This document shows, piece after piece, positions 1-10,188 of a stretch of 27,089 bases of DNA; within the stretch, counting starts at the first letter, position 1; each line of letters opens with the position of its first letter. The notes below the pieces were generated by a model that saw nothing but the letters and a program-made list of their open reading frames with translations, ran no database searches and was not told the DNA's origin. Source of the stretch: Balamuthia mandrillaris. Lineage: Eukaryota. The stretch covers positions 372,001 to 399,089 of the forward strand of contig JAVKOQ020000016.1 in the NCBI GenBank assembly GCA_031835245.2. The letters are read 5' to 3'. The position numbers were made by a program, and so were the translations under genes.

Positions 1-1828
1 CGAACAGCTGATCTTTCCACGGTGTGGAAGGAGGTTAACGAATGGGCCAACACAAAGTATGTCTTTTACCCCGCTTGGCTTTATTTTATCCATTTTGTTT
101 TGTTCCAAATGACAAAAAAAACCTCAGTGAGCAACTTTTTGTCTCACAAAAAAATCACCTCTCGTTTTCACTGCCCTGAAGCCAAAACTCGTTGAGTTTG
201 GCAGACAGGAACTCAGTGTCGCAATGTAGAGTGAGCACACTCCAGGGTACGGTGGTTGGAGGAGTCATAGGGTCTGGCTTAGGCTATATGTTGACTCGAA
301 GTGCGTCCCTCTTACTCTTTTGCATTAGATAGGAAGCGAGCTTGAAGGCTCACCCCCTTTTTCTTTTTTCAATTTTTTCCAGCCTTTGAAAAGCCAAACA
401 CTGCTGGTATGATGCAGCCTCCACCTTCTCTTTTCAGCTGATTTTTTTCGCTAACATGGCCCGTTTAGACGTGGCGCCTGGTGCTACTAAACGTCCTTTA
501 GCCACCGCTTTAAACATGTTTATTACCCTTGCTGGTACTTTTAAGCTTCTCGCCTCTGCGCGCTCTCTTCCTCTCTTCCTCTCTATTCTTTCTCTCTCTC
601 TCTCTCTATCCGCATAATTATTTCCGTCCGCCCCAGAAAGTAAAATGGGACCGGAACTATAAGCGTTATGCAAAAGTGAATTTCTCTTCTTACCAGAAGA
701 AATGGCGAACAGGCTCCTCATTGAAAGAGGGTAACGAACAGCGTCATTGCTATTCTTTACTCCACAAGAGCTCTTCCCACAATTCTCTCGCTCTCTCTCT
801 CTTCCTTTTATACCCTTTCTTCCCGATGCTTGTGCTTAATGCTTTTGTAAGTGTTTGGGTACAGCGGCATGTCATTGGGTAGCGACATCGCGAAACGGTC
901 TTGTATACTTAAGTTTGCAGCATTACCGACTCCCTTAGGCCAGCGTACTCGCCAAATGTGCGTTATTTCTCTTTTTTTTTTTTTTTGTTCTCCATTGCTA
1001 ACATCTTAGACTGTTGTATTACTTGCGGCATTAACCAGATGTATGGACCATCGCTTGCCTCTTCCAATGTAAGCATAAACCTCCTCCCCCACGCTTCTCT
1101 CTCCTCTCCCCTCTCCCTCAGTATGACGTATTCACGTTCAGTGATTTCGCAGTATGCCAAAACCTCAGAGCCCAGTAGGAACTGAGGGCAGAGGAAGCTT
1201 TGAGCTTTCTGCAGAGGAACCGCCAACCTACGACGAGCCAACCTATACGCACGACGAGCCCACTCCCGTTCCTCGTGCGGCTAGCTCTCCGGGTTATACT
1301 CCTCGCCAGGAGGAGGAAGAAATGAGGACTCCTTCCTCAGATACCTACGACTATAGCGGCAAGGAGGGAGATGATTGGTTCCAGCGCAGGGGCACAGAGA
1401 AGGAAATCGCTACTGCGCGAGGAGACGAGGAGCCTTATGAGGCCGAGGCTGCTGCTCCTCCGCTAGCAACGCGCGCTCAGCGACATCGACGAATGGAGCG
1501 CCATCCTCCAAGAGAGAGAGCCGCTGCGCGAAGGCATGATGACCACCAGTACGAGTATGATATTGAAGAGGAGGAGGAGTTCCGAGAAGGGGAGGATGAG
1601 CTTGAGGCAAGGGAAAGGAGGAGGCGGCTGCGTCGGCGGAGACGGGAGCGTGGGCACAGAAGAAGAGCAAAACCCGGCGAGGTCGAGGACATCGAATCTT
1701 ACCCTGGGCCAGAGGCTGAGTTTTACTACGGGGATCAACCTTCCCTGAAGGAAAGCACCGCCCCACCCAAACGGCGCGTGAGGACCAACGAGTATGGCGA
1801 CGTGCTTGAGGTTGGCACTCGTCCCTGA
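1..1828 (+). CDS. OCIA-domain (OCIAD1/Asrij-like) membrane protein, 5'-partial, multi-exon
   Basis: Phase-consistent GT-AG exons <1-56, 182-300, 394-534, 852-957, 1039-1068, 1153-1828 give ..LSLADRNSVSQCRVSTLQGTVVGGVIGSGLGYMLTR..VFGYSGMSLGSDIAKRSCILKFAALPTPLGQRTR.., a charged low-complexity region and C-terminal RVRTNEYGDV. This resembles OCIAD1 (GYxxG..CxxKFxxLxxSPLG; terminal VKVNKYGD). Exon 3 acceptor is the least certain. Confidence 0.6.
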
Positions 1829-2221
1829 TGAGAGTCCCTTGCAAAAGTGCTGCAGGCCTTTCTTTTGTCGACACTCACAAGTAGATCTGAGGGGTCGTTG
1901 TTAAAATTTGTGTAAAAAGAAAAATGTTAATCAAAGACTCCTCAGGCTTTCCTTCATTCTTCCTTTTTTTTCTTTTCTCTTTTTTCTTCTTCGCTGTTTG
2001 TTTGGTGAGAGAAGAAAAAAAAAAAAAGGAGGGGCAGTGTTCTTTTTTGTTTTTTGTTGCAGAAGAAAGCCTTGTTTTTCCTTCTTTCTTCCTCTCCTTT
2101 CCTCCTCCCCATATTTATTTTTCTACTGCCTCTTTTCTTGGGTTTTTCTATCTTCCCAAGCGAGCAGTGAAAAAAAGAGTGAGATCTCAAACAGACAACC
2201 AAAGAACCTCCCTAAAACAAA

Positions 2222-4809
2222 ATGGAAGTTACGAGACATCACATCACCGATGATCCTGACCTTGATTCCGAGCTTCCCGCTGAGTACGCTCTCCTTGATG
2301 AGGATCCTGTGGAGCTTGACCGCGGATTTTCCACCATTATCGTCGTGGACAATTTGCCAATGGTAGATCAGGCCAAATACGAAAAGTTGCTGGGCGTTCT
2401 GCGCAAGCTCTACAGCCAGATCGGGGAAATTGTGCAGGTGGGTGATCTCTTCCCTTGTCCTTTGCCTCCCCTCCTCCTATTTTCTGTGCTCCTTTTTTTT
2501 GATTTGTCCCTCTTTGCTCTCTCTGCGCGCTCTCTCCCGCTCTCTCCTCTCTACCAAGCTCTTTCTCACTGGTTCTCCACTGGCACACAAAACAAAAGAT
2601 TTACATGCCCCAAGAACAAGGCAAGACGCTGGGTTTTGCGTTTATCGAATTTCCGGACAGCTACGCCGCTGCCAACGCTGTAAAACAAACGAATGGCTAC
2701 AAGTTGGACAAGGCCCATATTTTCAAGGTCAACCACTATGAGGATTTCTTGTCCTATGAGAAGTATAGCGATGAGTTCGAGCCTATCGAGATGAAGCCTT
2801 ACAAACCTTTGGTAGCTTCCTTCTTTCCTCTTCAGCCGTTCTGTTCCCGTTACTTATTCTCTCTCTCTCTCTCTCTCTCTTTCTTTCTCCGCTTGTAGAG
2901 CAACCTTTGGTGGTGGTTGGAAGAGGAAATTGGCGTGGCTTGCGATCAGTACGCAGTGCGATATGCCGAACATACCGAAATCTTTTGGAACGACACAACA
3001 AAGAGAAAACCAGAGTCTGTTTACAGGAAAAAGGTACGGAGACTTTTCTCCATTCTGTTGGCCTCATTTTTCTCACACCTCTCGCCCTCTCTTTTCAACA
3101 GGATATGACAGAGAGCTTCGTCAACTGGTCTCCGTACGGAACCTATCTTAGCACCCTCCATAAGCAAGGAGTGATCTTGTGGGGAGGCAAGGAATGGGAG
3201 CAAGTGCATAAGCTCCCACAATTCCAAGTGAAGCTGATGGCCTTCTCTCCCAAGGAAAGCTACCTCGTCACCATCTCGCCCCATTTCCAACACAACGACA
3301 ACCCAAAGGATCCCCAAGCTATCATCGTGTGGGACGTACGCACAGGAGCAAAGAAGAGAGGCTTTTTGGCAACCAAGGATCAGACATACCCTGTCTTCAA
3401 GTGGAGCCACGATGAAAAGTATTTTGCTAGAATGAGCGAAGACACCATCACTATCTACGAGACTCCCTCCATGCGTCTCTTGGACAAAAAGTCGCTTAAG
3501 GTCCCCGGAGTGAAGGACTTCAGCTGGTCTCCTAGCGACAACGTCATCGCTTGTTGGGTACCTGAGAGCGGCAACAAGCCTGCTCGCGTTCTTTTGATTG
3601 ATATCCCTAGCCGTAACATTAAGAGAAGCCACAATCTCTTCAAAGTCCAAGATGTAAGCTCATTCTTTCTCTCTCTGCGCGCGCGCGCTCTCTCTCTCTC
3701 TCTCTCTCCGCTTTCCTTTCGTTTTTTCACTGTGTATTATCAATGTTCACCTCACCCATTCTCTCTCTCTTTCCCCAAGTGCAACCTACATTGGCATGAG
3801 CAAGGCGATTACCTGTGTGTTAAAGTGGATAGGATCTCCGGCAAAAAGAACGTGTACACCCACTTTGAGCTCTATCGTATGCGAGAGAAAGACATTCCTA
3901 TTGAAACGGTTGAAATCAAGGAAAAAGTGGTGGCGTTTGCATGGGAACCAAAGGGCGATCGCTTTGCTGTCATTCATGGTGGTGTGGCTGGCAAGACTAA
4001 CGTCAGCTTCTACACGATGGGCAACAAGAAGGGAGAAACCAAGCTTCGTTTGCTTAGTACGTCTTACTATTTTCTTTTACGTTCTTTTCTGTTCTGTTCA
4101 TCCTTTCCAGCTAGTTTGAAGAATGCATGAAGACGTAATTGTTCTGACGAAATTCTTTTACAAAACAACAGAAACGTTGGAGAAGAAACCAGCCAACCAT
4201 CTGTTCTGGTCTCCACAAGGTGGCAACATCGTGTTGGCAGGCTTTGGCACGATGGGCGGTATATTGGAGTTCTACAACGTAGATGAGCTGATCTCCTTGA
4301 GGATAGCCATGCACAACATGGTGACGGACCTGGCCTGGGATCCAACCGGCCGCTTCGTGGCCACCTCCATCAGCTACTGGAGGCATCAGCTGGACAATGG
4401 ATGGACGGTGTGGAACTTCCAGGGCAAGGAGCTGGTCCATGTCAACAAGGACAGGTTCTTCCAGCTGGTGTGGAGGCCTCGCCCACCGACTTTGCTCTCC
4501 CCCGAGCAAGCTCAGGACGTGGAGAAGAACCTGAAGAAGTACTCCAGGAAGTACAAGGAGCAAGATTGGCAGAGGAGGAAGGAGATCTGGGAGGCTTTCA
4601 AGAGAAGGCGCGAGGCCGAAAAGGAGGCCTTCTATGCCCTCATGAACGAGAGGAGAGCGGAGAGGGCTCAGCAGAAGGATCTCCGCTTGAAGCTGCTTGG
4701 CTACGACTCGGACGAGGAGGAGGCCCAGGCCGAATGGGTGGAAAACGAGATAGAGGAGCTGATTGGCGAGGAAGAGGTCGAGATCATCGAGGACGACTTT
4801 GCCGAATAA
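2222..4809 (+). CDS. EIF3B: Eukaryotic translation initiation factor 3 subunit B (PRT1)
   Basis: Exons 2222-2437, 2599-2811, 2899-3033, 3102-3653, 3780-4056, 4172-4809, all GT-AG and in phase. RRM (IIVVDNLP..KYEKL; GFAFIEF; NGYKLDKAH), beta-propeller motifs (WSPYGTYL, FKWSHDEKYFAR, AFAWEPKGDRF, WDPTGRFV, WRPRPPTLL) and acidic tail. Confidence 0.97.
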
Positions 4810-4832
4810 TCTTTGTGTGTGTCTGTGTGTGT

Positions 4833-4925
4833 TCTCTCTCTCTCTCTCTCCCTCTCCCTCTCCCTCTCCCTCTCCCTCTCCCCCTCCCTCTCCCTCTCCC
4901 TCTCCCTCTCCCTCTCCCTCTCTTT
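4833..4925. repeat. (CT)n/(CTCTCC)n microsatellite in the eIF3b 3' region
   Basis: Directly visible tandem CT and CTCTCC units. Confidence 0.9.
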
Positions 4926-4981
4926 CTCGCCTCTCTTATCACAATGCCAAAACAAAGCTTGCTGCACTTGGACGGATCCAC

Positions 4982-5060
4982 TTTCTAACGACGTGAATCT
5001 AGATCAACAAAAAAGGAAAAAGTGCGAGTGGTTCACTAGCACCTCTCACGTCGTTAGAAA
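4982..5060. repeat. 15-bp perfect inverted repeat enclosing a 9-bp hairpin
   Basis: TTTCTAACGACGTGA (4982-4996) / TCACGTCGTTAGAAA (5046-5060); inner GTGCGAGTG-gtt-CACTAGCAC (5022-5042, one mismatch). Confidence 0.85.
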
Positions 5061-5124
5061 CTAGAGCCAAATTTTTCCCCGAAAATATTTACAAAACAAA
5101 AAAACCAAAAAAGAAAAAAAAAAG

Positions 5125-5573
5125 GAGCGAAGTGGAGAAGCAGGGCAAGAAAAAAAGTGGGAGTGCGAGCACCAACGCTGCCATCACACCGGAAAAGATG
5201 GCCAACGAGTCCTCTATGCCTCTGCAAAAGCCATGTGGAAACATGAAAGAATGCAGCGCTATCATGGTTGCGATGCTGGTTGTCCCTCTTGCTTGCGTTG
5301 GGAGGGCAAAACAAAGGGCAAAGCACAACCAACAGAAGCATTCTTTCAGTGCCGACATACCAATGGATGTATCCGTCTGTTCAAGGTTGCTTGCACCCGC
5401 TCAACCCATGAGCTTCATGATGACCACGTTAATTGCTCTGAGGACTGCCAACGGTGCGAAGATTCGAGACACACAACAGCCTTCCTGCAAATGGAGCGAG
5501 AAAAAGAAGAAGAAAAGAGACAAGAAAACGTCATGTATCAACGCAAAAAAGAGCTGGAGGAAATGAAGGAACG
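5125..5573 (+). CDS. Tandem Cys/His zinc-finger-like region; probable frameshifted N-terminus of the RAG1-like protein
   Basis: Frame 1 reads WECEHQRC..AMWKHERMQRYHGCDAGCPSC and FQCRHTNGC..TRSTHELHDDHVNCSEDCQRC, then a coiled coil ..ELEEMKER. One extra base at ~5573 would join it to MDSNRDWQ in frame 3. No ATG precedes the first finger. Confidence 0.6.
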
Positions 5574-7493
5574 ATGGATAGCAACAGAGACTGGCAAAGT
5601 GTGTTGGAAGAAAACAAAAAAGAAAGGGAAGAAGTGTACCTCAAAGAGCAAGCAAAGGCCTTGTTGCGATGTCTCTGTCCCCAACAATCATTCATGATGG
5701 CCCTTGGAGAGCTTGTAAAAAGCGATCCAGCTACGATCCACTATCTGAAAGAGCATATTAGCGAATTTCAAGAGCTTCAACAGCCACGCCACCAACCTGC
5801 ACTTTCAGTGTTACTTGCCTACAAAGAAACAGTTGGTATAACAGACAAGAACTGGAGATACACCATGTCTGTTTTCAACCTCGATGACTCCACCTCCATT
5901 CATCACCTCAACAAGCAAAAAGCAGCACTTATGGAATCCATGGAACCAAGAGTAACCCTCGGAGGGAATGGCTACGAATTGCCCCTTTTGCAATACATGA
6001 GCTGGGTGTTAGCACACAATCCTCCTCCAGAAAACAAACCAGGACAAAAGCACTTGGTGAAGTTTGCCTTTGATGGAGCCACCATGACCCAGGGCAAACG
6101 GAAAAAGCAAGAGATCGGCACCTTCAACTTCCTTTTTGATGGCCTCGAGTTAGCAAAAGCCAAGTCTGTAAACAACGCACACCAGTATCTCATTTTCCTC
6201 GGTGAGGAAGACAGAGAAGCACTACAGCTGGAACTACAGAATGCAGTGAAAGGGATAGAATACCTTGCTAACGGAGGAACTATTTGTGCCAACGGTACCG
6301 AGTATGCTCTCGAGCCTGTGCTTGTGTGCGACATGGCAGCGTTGGTACATTTGCTTGGACTCTACAGTTGCTATCATCCAAACTCGAAGTGGAAGTGTCC
6401 TTGGTGCTGCGTTGACAAGCATTCAATCGCGAACTTTGCCATCGAGTGCTGGCCCTTGCGAAACGAAGCAGAAATGTGGAGAGATGGTGAGCAAGCAGAG
6501 AAGTGTGAATCTAAGAGTGGAAAAGATCGTTTTGCCCAGAAACACTTTGGGGTGCAAAACAAACCTTTGATCAACATTCTTCTTGACCACATCATCCCCT
6601 GCATGCTACACTGCTTCATGGGAGTCATGCGCAAGCTGTTGGAACTGCTAATGGAGCAAGCACCTAACGATTCACCCCTTGCTGAAGGCTTCGAGAAATG
6701 CTTTGAGACGTTGAAGATGAAGTTACCGAAAGAAACCAAGAAGAAGAAGAAGGTCAAAACCTTGGAGCAACGGGTAAAGAAAGCAAGATTTGGCCGTTCA
6801 GACTATTTGCGTATTCTCGAGCAACGAGCTTTGTTTATGGCAGCACTAAGAAGGTCAGTGGGAGATGGGACAAGGACACAACAAACAGAAGAAATATGGG
6901 AACTGTTTGCGAAACTTTATACCCTTGCTGCCCAGCCACAAGTCATAATAACAGAGGAGGAATGGCTAAAGATGGCGCGTGAGTTTGGTTTCATGTTTAG
7001 CAAGCGATATGGAGAAGAGGAGGTAACGCCATACATACACGTTTTTGTTTACCACGTTGGATTTTATTTGCACAAGTACGGATCGGTGGAAAAGTTCGCC
7101 AACTATGCAGACGAGAGTCGCCACTCCAGAAACAAGAAAGCACCAACTAGTGGATATGGAGGGAGAAAAGGAGAGAGGAAGGTATGTTATCAACAACTAG
7201 CCTTTGCCTTCCGCCAAGAAAAGTACCTCTTCGACAAGACATTGCCTGAGCCTCAACGGAAAAGGCAACGAACACAGAAGCCCAATGTCAACTGGGCATC
7301 ACGGAATATTTGTTTACATCCAGAGATGCAGCAGTATGTTGGCTCAGCTCAGCTTCAAGAAGAAGAAGAAGAAGAAGAAGAAAAAGAAGAAGAAAAAGAA
7401 AAAGAAGAAGAAGAAGAAGAAGAGAAAGAAGAAGAAGAAGAAGAAAAAGAAGAAGAAGTGGAGAAGGAGAAAGAAAAGGAAGAAGAGATGTAA
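5574..7493 (+). CDS. RAG1-like / Transib-family DDE transposase core, intronless
   Basis: KFAFDG (D codon 6072), VCDMAALVHLLGL (D 6330), CPWC (6396-6407), PCMLHCFMG (H 6609), VTPYIHVFVYH (H 7038, 7053), GSVEKFANYADES (E 7113). Order and spacing match mouse RAG1 D600/D708/C727xxC730/H795/H937/H942/E962. Glu-rich tail. Confidence 0.85.
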   Translation: MDSNRDWQSVLEENKKEREEVYLKEQAKALLRCLCPQQSFMMALGELVKSDPATIHYLKEHISEFQELQQPRHQPALSVLLAYKETVGITDKNWRYTMSVFNLDDSTSIHHLNKQKAALMESMEPRVTLGGNGYELPLLQYMSWVLAHNPPPENKPGQKHLVKFAFDGATMTQGKRKKQEIGTFNFLFDGLELAKAKSVNNAHQYLIFLGEEDREALQLELQNAVKGIEYLANGGTICANGTEYALEPVLVCDMAALVHLLGLYSCYHPNSKWKCPWCCVDKHSIANFAIECWPLRNEAEMWRDGEQAEKCESKSGKDRFAQKHFGVQNKPLINILLDHIIPCMLHCFMGVMRKLLELLMEQAPNDSPLAEGFEKCFETLKMKLPKETKKKKKVKTLEQRVKKARFGRSDYLRILEQRALFMAALRRSVGDGTRTQQTEEIWELFAKLYTLAAQPQVIITEEEWLKMAREFGFMFSKRYGEEEVTPYIHVFVYHVGFYLHKYGSVEKFANYADESRHSRNKKAPTSGYGGRKGERKVCYQQLAFAFRQEKYLFDKTLPEPQRKRQRTQKPNVNWASRNICLHPEMQQYVGSAQLQEEEEEEEEKEEEKEKEEEEEEEKEEEEEEKEEEVEKEKEKEEEM

Positions 7494-7850
7494 AGAAAAG
7501 GAAAAATAAAGATCAGTACCAAAGACCAACACAAGAGAAAAGAGAGAAGAAAAGAGAGAGGAAAACAGGAGAAAGGAAAACAGGAGAAAGGAAGAGGAAG
7601 AGAGGAAGAGAGGAAGAGAAAAAGAGAGGAAGAAGAAGACAGGAGAGAAGAGAGAATAGAAGAGAAGCAGAAACGAGAAAGGAGAGAGAAGAGAAAGAAG
7701 AAGAAGAGAGGAAGAGAGGAAAAGAAGAAGATAGGAGAGAGAGGAGAGAAAAGGAAGAGAGAAGAGACAGAAGAGAGCAAGGAGAAAGAGGAGCGAAAAG
7801 AAAAGAGAGGAAGAGAGAGGAATAAGAGGAGAGAGGAGAAAGGATAGAAG
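7357..7850. repeat. (GAA)n / GA-rich polypurine low-complexity tract
   Basis: Nearly pure A/G; encodes the poly-E tail and separates the two convergent ORFs. Confidence 0.9.
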
Positions 7851-7864
7851 AAAGGATTTTGTAC

Positions 7865-8312
7865 CTGCTTCGGGCCATTGGAGAACATGTGATCGATTGT
7901 ACACTGCATAAAATATGGTGAACTTTGTTTTGTTCTTCAGACGTTTGATATGTAAAGGGGGCTGCAGCTTCGCATAAGAACCACGCTCATAGGTGATGCA
8001 GCTATTCTCTCCAAAGATCTCCTCGATCTGTTGCAAGGAAGAAAGGGTGGTCTCAAACTCACCGAAAAACAGTTGATGGAGGGCACTGCTGAGCTCAACT
8101 GAGAATCGGAGAGGTAAATCCCGTGGTTTCCTTGTTACTCGCTTTTTGAGCGCTGGGCCGACGGTGTCTTGCACTATTTGCACTATTGTTTGCCGCTCCA
8201 ATACTACATACGGACCACATATGAAAGGAACCGCAGAAGCCTTAAAAATAAGCTGAACACACTGTGCTTCCTCCTCAGTTGATGTGCTCTGTACGGCCGC
8301 CGCAGTGCTCAT
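7865..8312 (-). CDS. Hypothetical protein (~150-aa first exon) convergent with the RAG1-like gene
   Basis: ATG in the A-rich context used by other genes here (gacaaaATG). Complex globular-looking sequence up to WPEA, then a donor-like CAG|GTACAA and a CT-rich intron-like tract. No recognised domain. Confidence 0.6.
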
Positions 8313-8740
8313 TTTGTCTTCCCTTCTTCTTCTTTTTTTTTTTCAAGGACGACACGACAGATCTCATCAGGATCCACTTTCTATATTCTCATGACGACCC
8401 GACCCCTTAATTCCAAGTGTCTTCTCTCCAGTTGTTGTAGACAATAGGTATCACGACGACATGACTTTACCAAAAAAAAAAAAAAAGGAAGAAAGTTTGC
8501 ACCGAAAAGAAGAAGCAGAAGAATAAGACACACCTTAGGCGAAGCTTCAAAGCCACTTGGAAAGACCTCCTTGCTGGAGAGTGGTCCATCAGGAAGTACA
8601 AAAAAAGGAAAAGGAAAAGGGAGAAACAAAAGAACGACAAGAAACGAAAAGGGAGTGCAGCGAGAGAGAGAGCTCGATTTGATTTTGTTGTTTTCACTTT
8701 TCCCTCCTTCGCTGAAGAAGCTAAGGTCTACTGCTTGTCG

Positions 8741-10143
8741 ATGGAGCCCTATAACCAGTGGTCAAATAACGTCTTTCATCATCATCAGGCCCCTCCTGAC
8801 TTGAGGCCCATCGTTGGGGCTCCTCCGTTGTCCTTTCCCCTGATGACAAACTACCAAACGGGAGTTATGCCTTCGGGTGGGGGTGTTCCCCCTTACTACC
8901 CCCAACAACAACCGCCGCTACCGCCACAGTTTGATCAAAGGGGTGGGGAAGTGGGTTTTGGTAGTGGGTTTTTCATTGGTGGTGGAGGAGGTGCCGTTGG
9001 AGGTGGCGATGCCCCCTTCTTTCATGAGAACTTTCAACAACAAAACTTTGGGATTGCGCCCCCTCCCTATCAACAACAGGTTCATGGTCTGGACGGAGGA
9101 TACTACGACAGTGCCCCTTCCTCGCTCGTGGACAACGCGCCCCTCCTCACCACCCACCCCTTTGCTGCTTCCTCTTTTCCCTCTTCCTCCCCCCCTCCCC
9201 CTCTCCAGTTTTATGAAGCACCGCCTGCCAGCGAACCGCCCTCCGCGCAGGCTTTGCTGCTACAGGCTGCAGCTGCTCTCCTGAATGCTGCAAAGGCTCC
9301 TGCTCCTGCTCCCGCTTTTAGTCATGGAGGGAGCGACTTTGGAGGCGGCGACAACTCTGGAGGGGATGGAGGAAGTGGGTATGGCCTGTTGCTGGGGCAA
9401 GCACCACCGCAACAGCAGCAACAACCCCCACCACAAATACAAACACACCAACCGCCATCACTGCCATCAGACAATATCCTTGGGCCGAGCATGGAGGAGA
9501 CGGCTGCCGCTGAGCTGACTGAGGCCTGTCGTCTTTGTTTTCACATCATCGATAACCCTCCAGCAGAATACAGGTTGGTACGGCAAGCTGTGCAGGGCCT
9601 TGTCCACATCGCGGCTAAGGACGCTACATTACGCCCTGTTGTAATGCTCAAAGTCTTGCAAGTAGTCCAAGACCCGCTTCGTTATCGGTATCACTCTTTC
9701 TCTGCTCTCGTTTCCCTTGTTTCTTCTCTCTCTGCTCCATCCTTTTCACTCTTCTCTCTTTTTCTCTTTCCTTACGCCTCTGCTTGTCAACTTTCGTGGT
9801 TCTGGGGCACAGCTCCAATCCAAGGCGATACGCGGTTAGGAGCCTTGGCTACATGACCTATCACGACGAGTCATACGTGATTCCATCAATCGAGGTGTTA
9901 ACTGAGGTATGTTTACTCATATGCTTGCGTGTTTACTTGTTGAAGGAACTGACTTATCTCAACCAGTTGGCGAAACGAGAAAATGAAAATAGCAGATACG
10001 TTCGAAAGGCTGCTTTTTGTGCTCTTAGCCGTATTGGACGCAAGTATCCCTCTTTTCAAGACTCGCTTATCAACTTCTTTTTGCAGCATTACAGGGTTTG
10101 CTTCCTTTTTTTTTGGCCTTTTTGTTCTGGAGTTGGATATTGA

Positions 10144-10188
<45 letters not shown>

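Larger units (their letters stand above)
4965..8419. mobile_element. Candidate RAG/Transib-like DNA transposon (boundaries tentative)
   Basis: Contains the RAG1-like ORF and a convergent ORF. Flanked by inverted CACTTGGA (4965-4972) / TCCAAGTG (8412-8419), with a shared GGATCCACTTTCTA (4974-4987, 8370-8383). No matching 5-bp TSD (TGCTG vs TCTTC). Confidence 0.35.

Noticed and set aside
4940..4946. CACAATG as a Transib-type left end
   Set aside because: No CATTGTG partner found near the right side of the cassette
5454..5573. Start of the 679-aa ORF as given in the ORF track
   Set aside because: Non-ATG start; this stretch is better explained by the frame-1 zinc-finger/coiled-coil reading
7865..8312. 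RAG2 homologue
   Set aside because: Too short, with no kelch repeats or PHD finger; only its position is RAG2-like
8341..8375. Hammerhead ribozyme (minus-strand CTGATGA...GAAA)
   Set aside because: Stem II and stem III pairings cannot be formed
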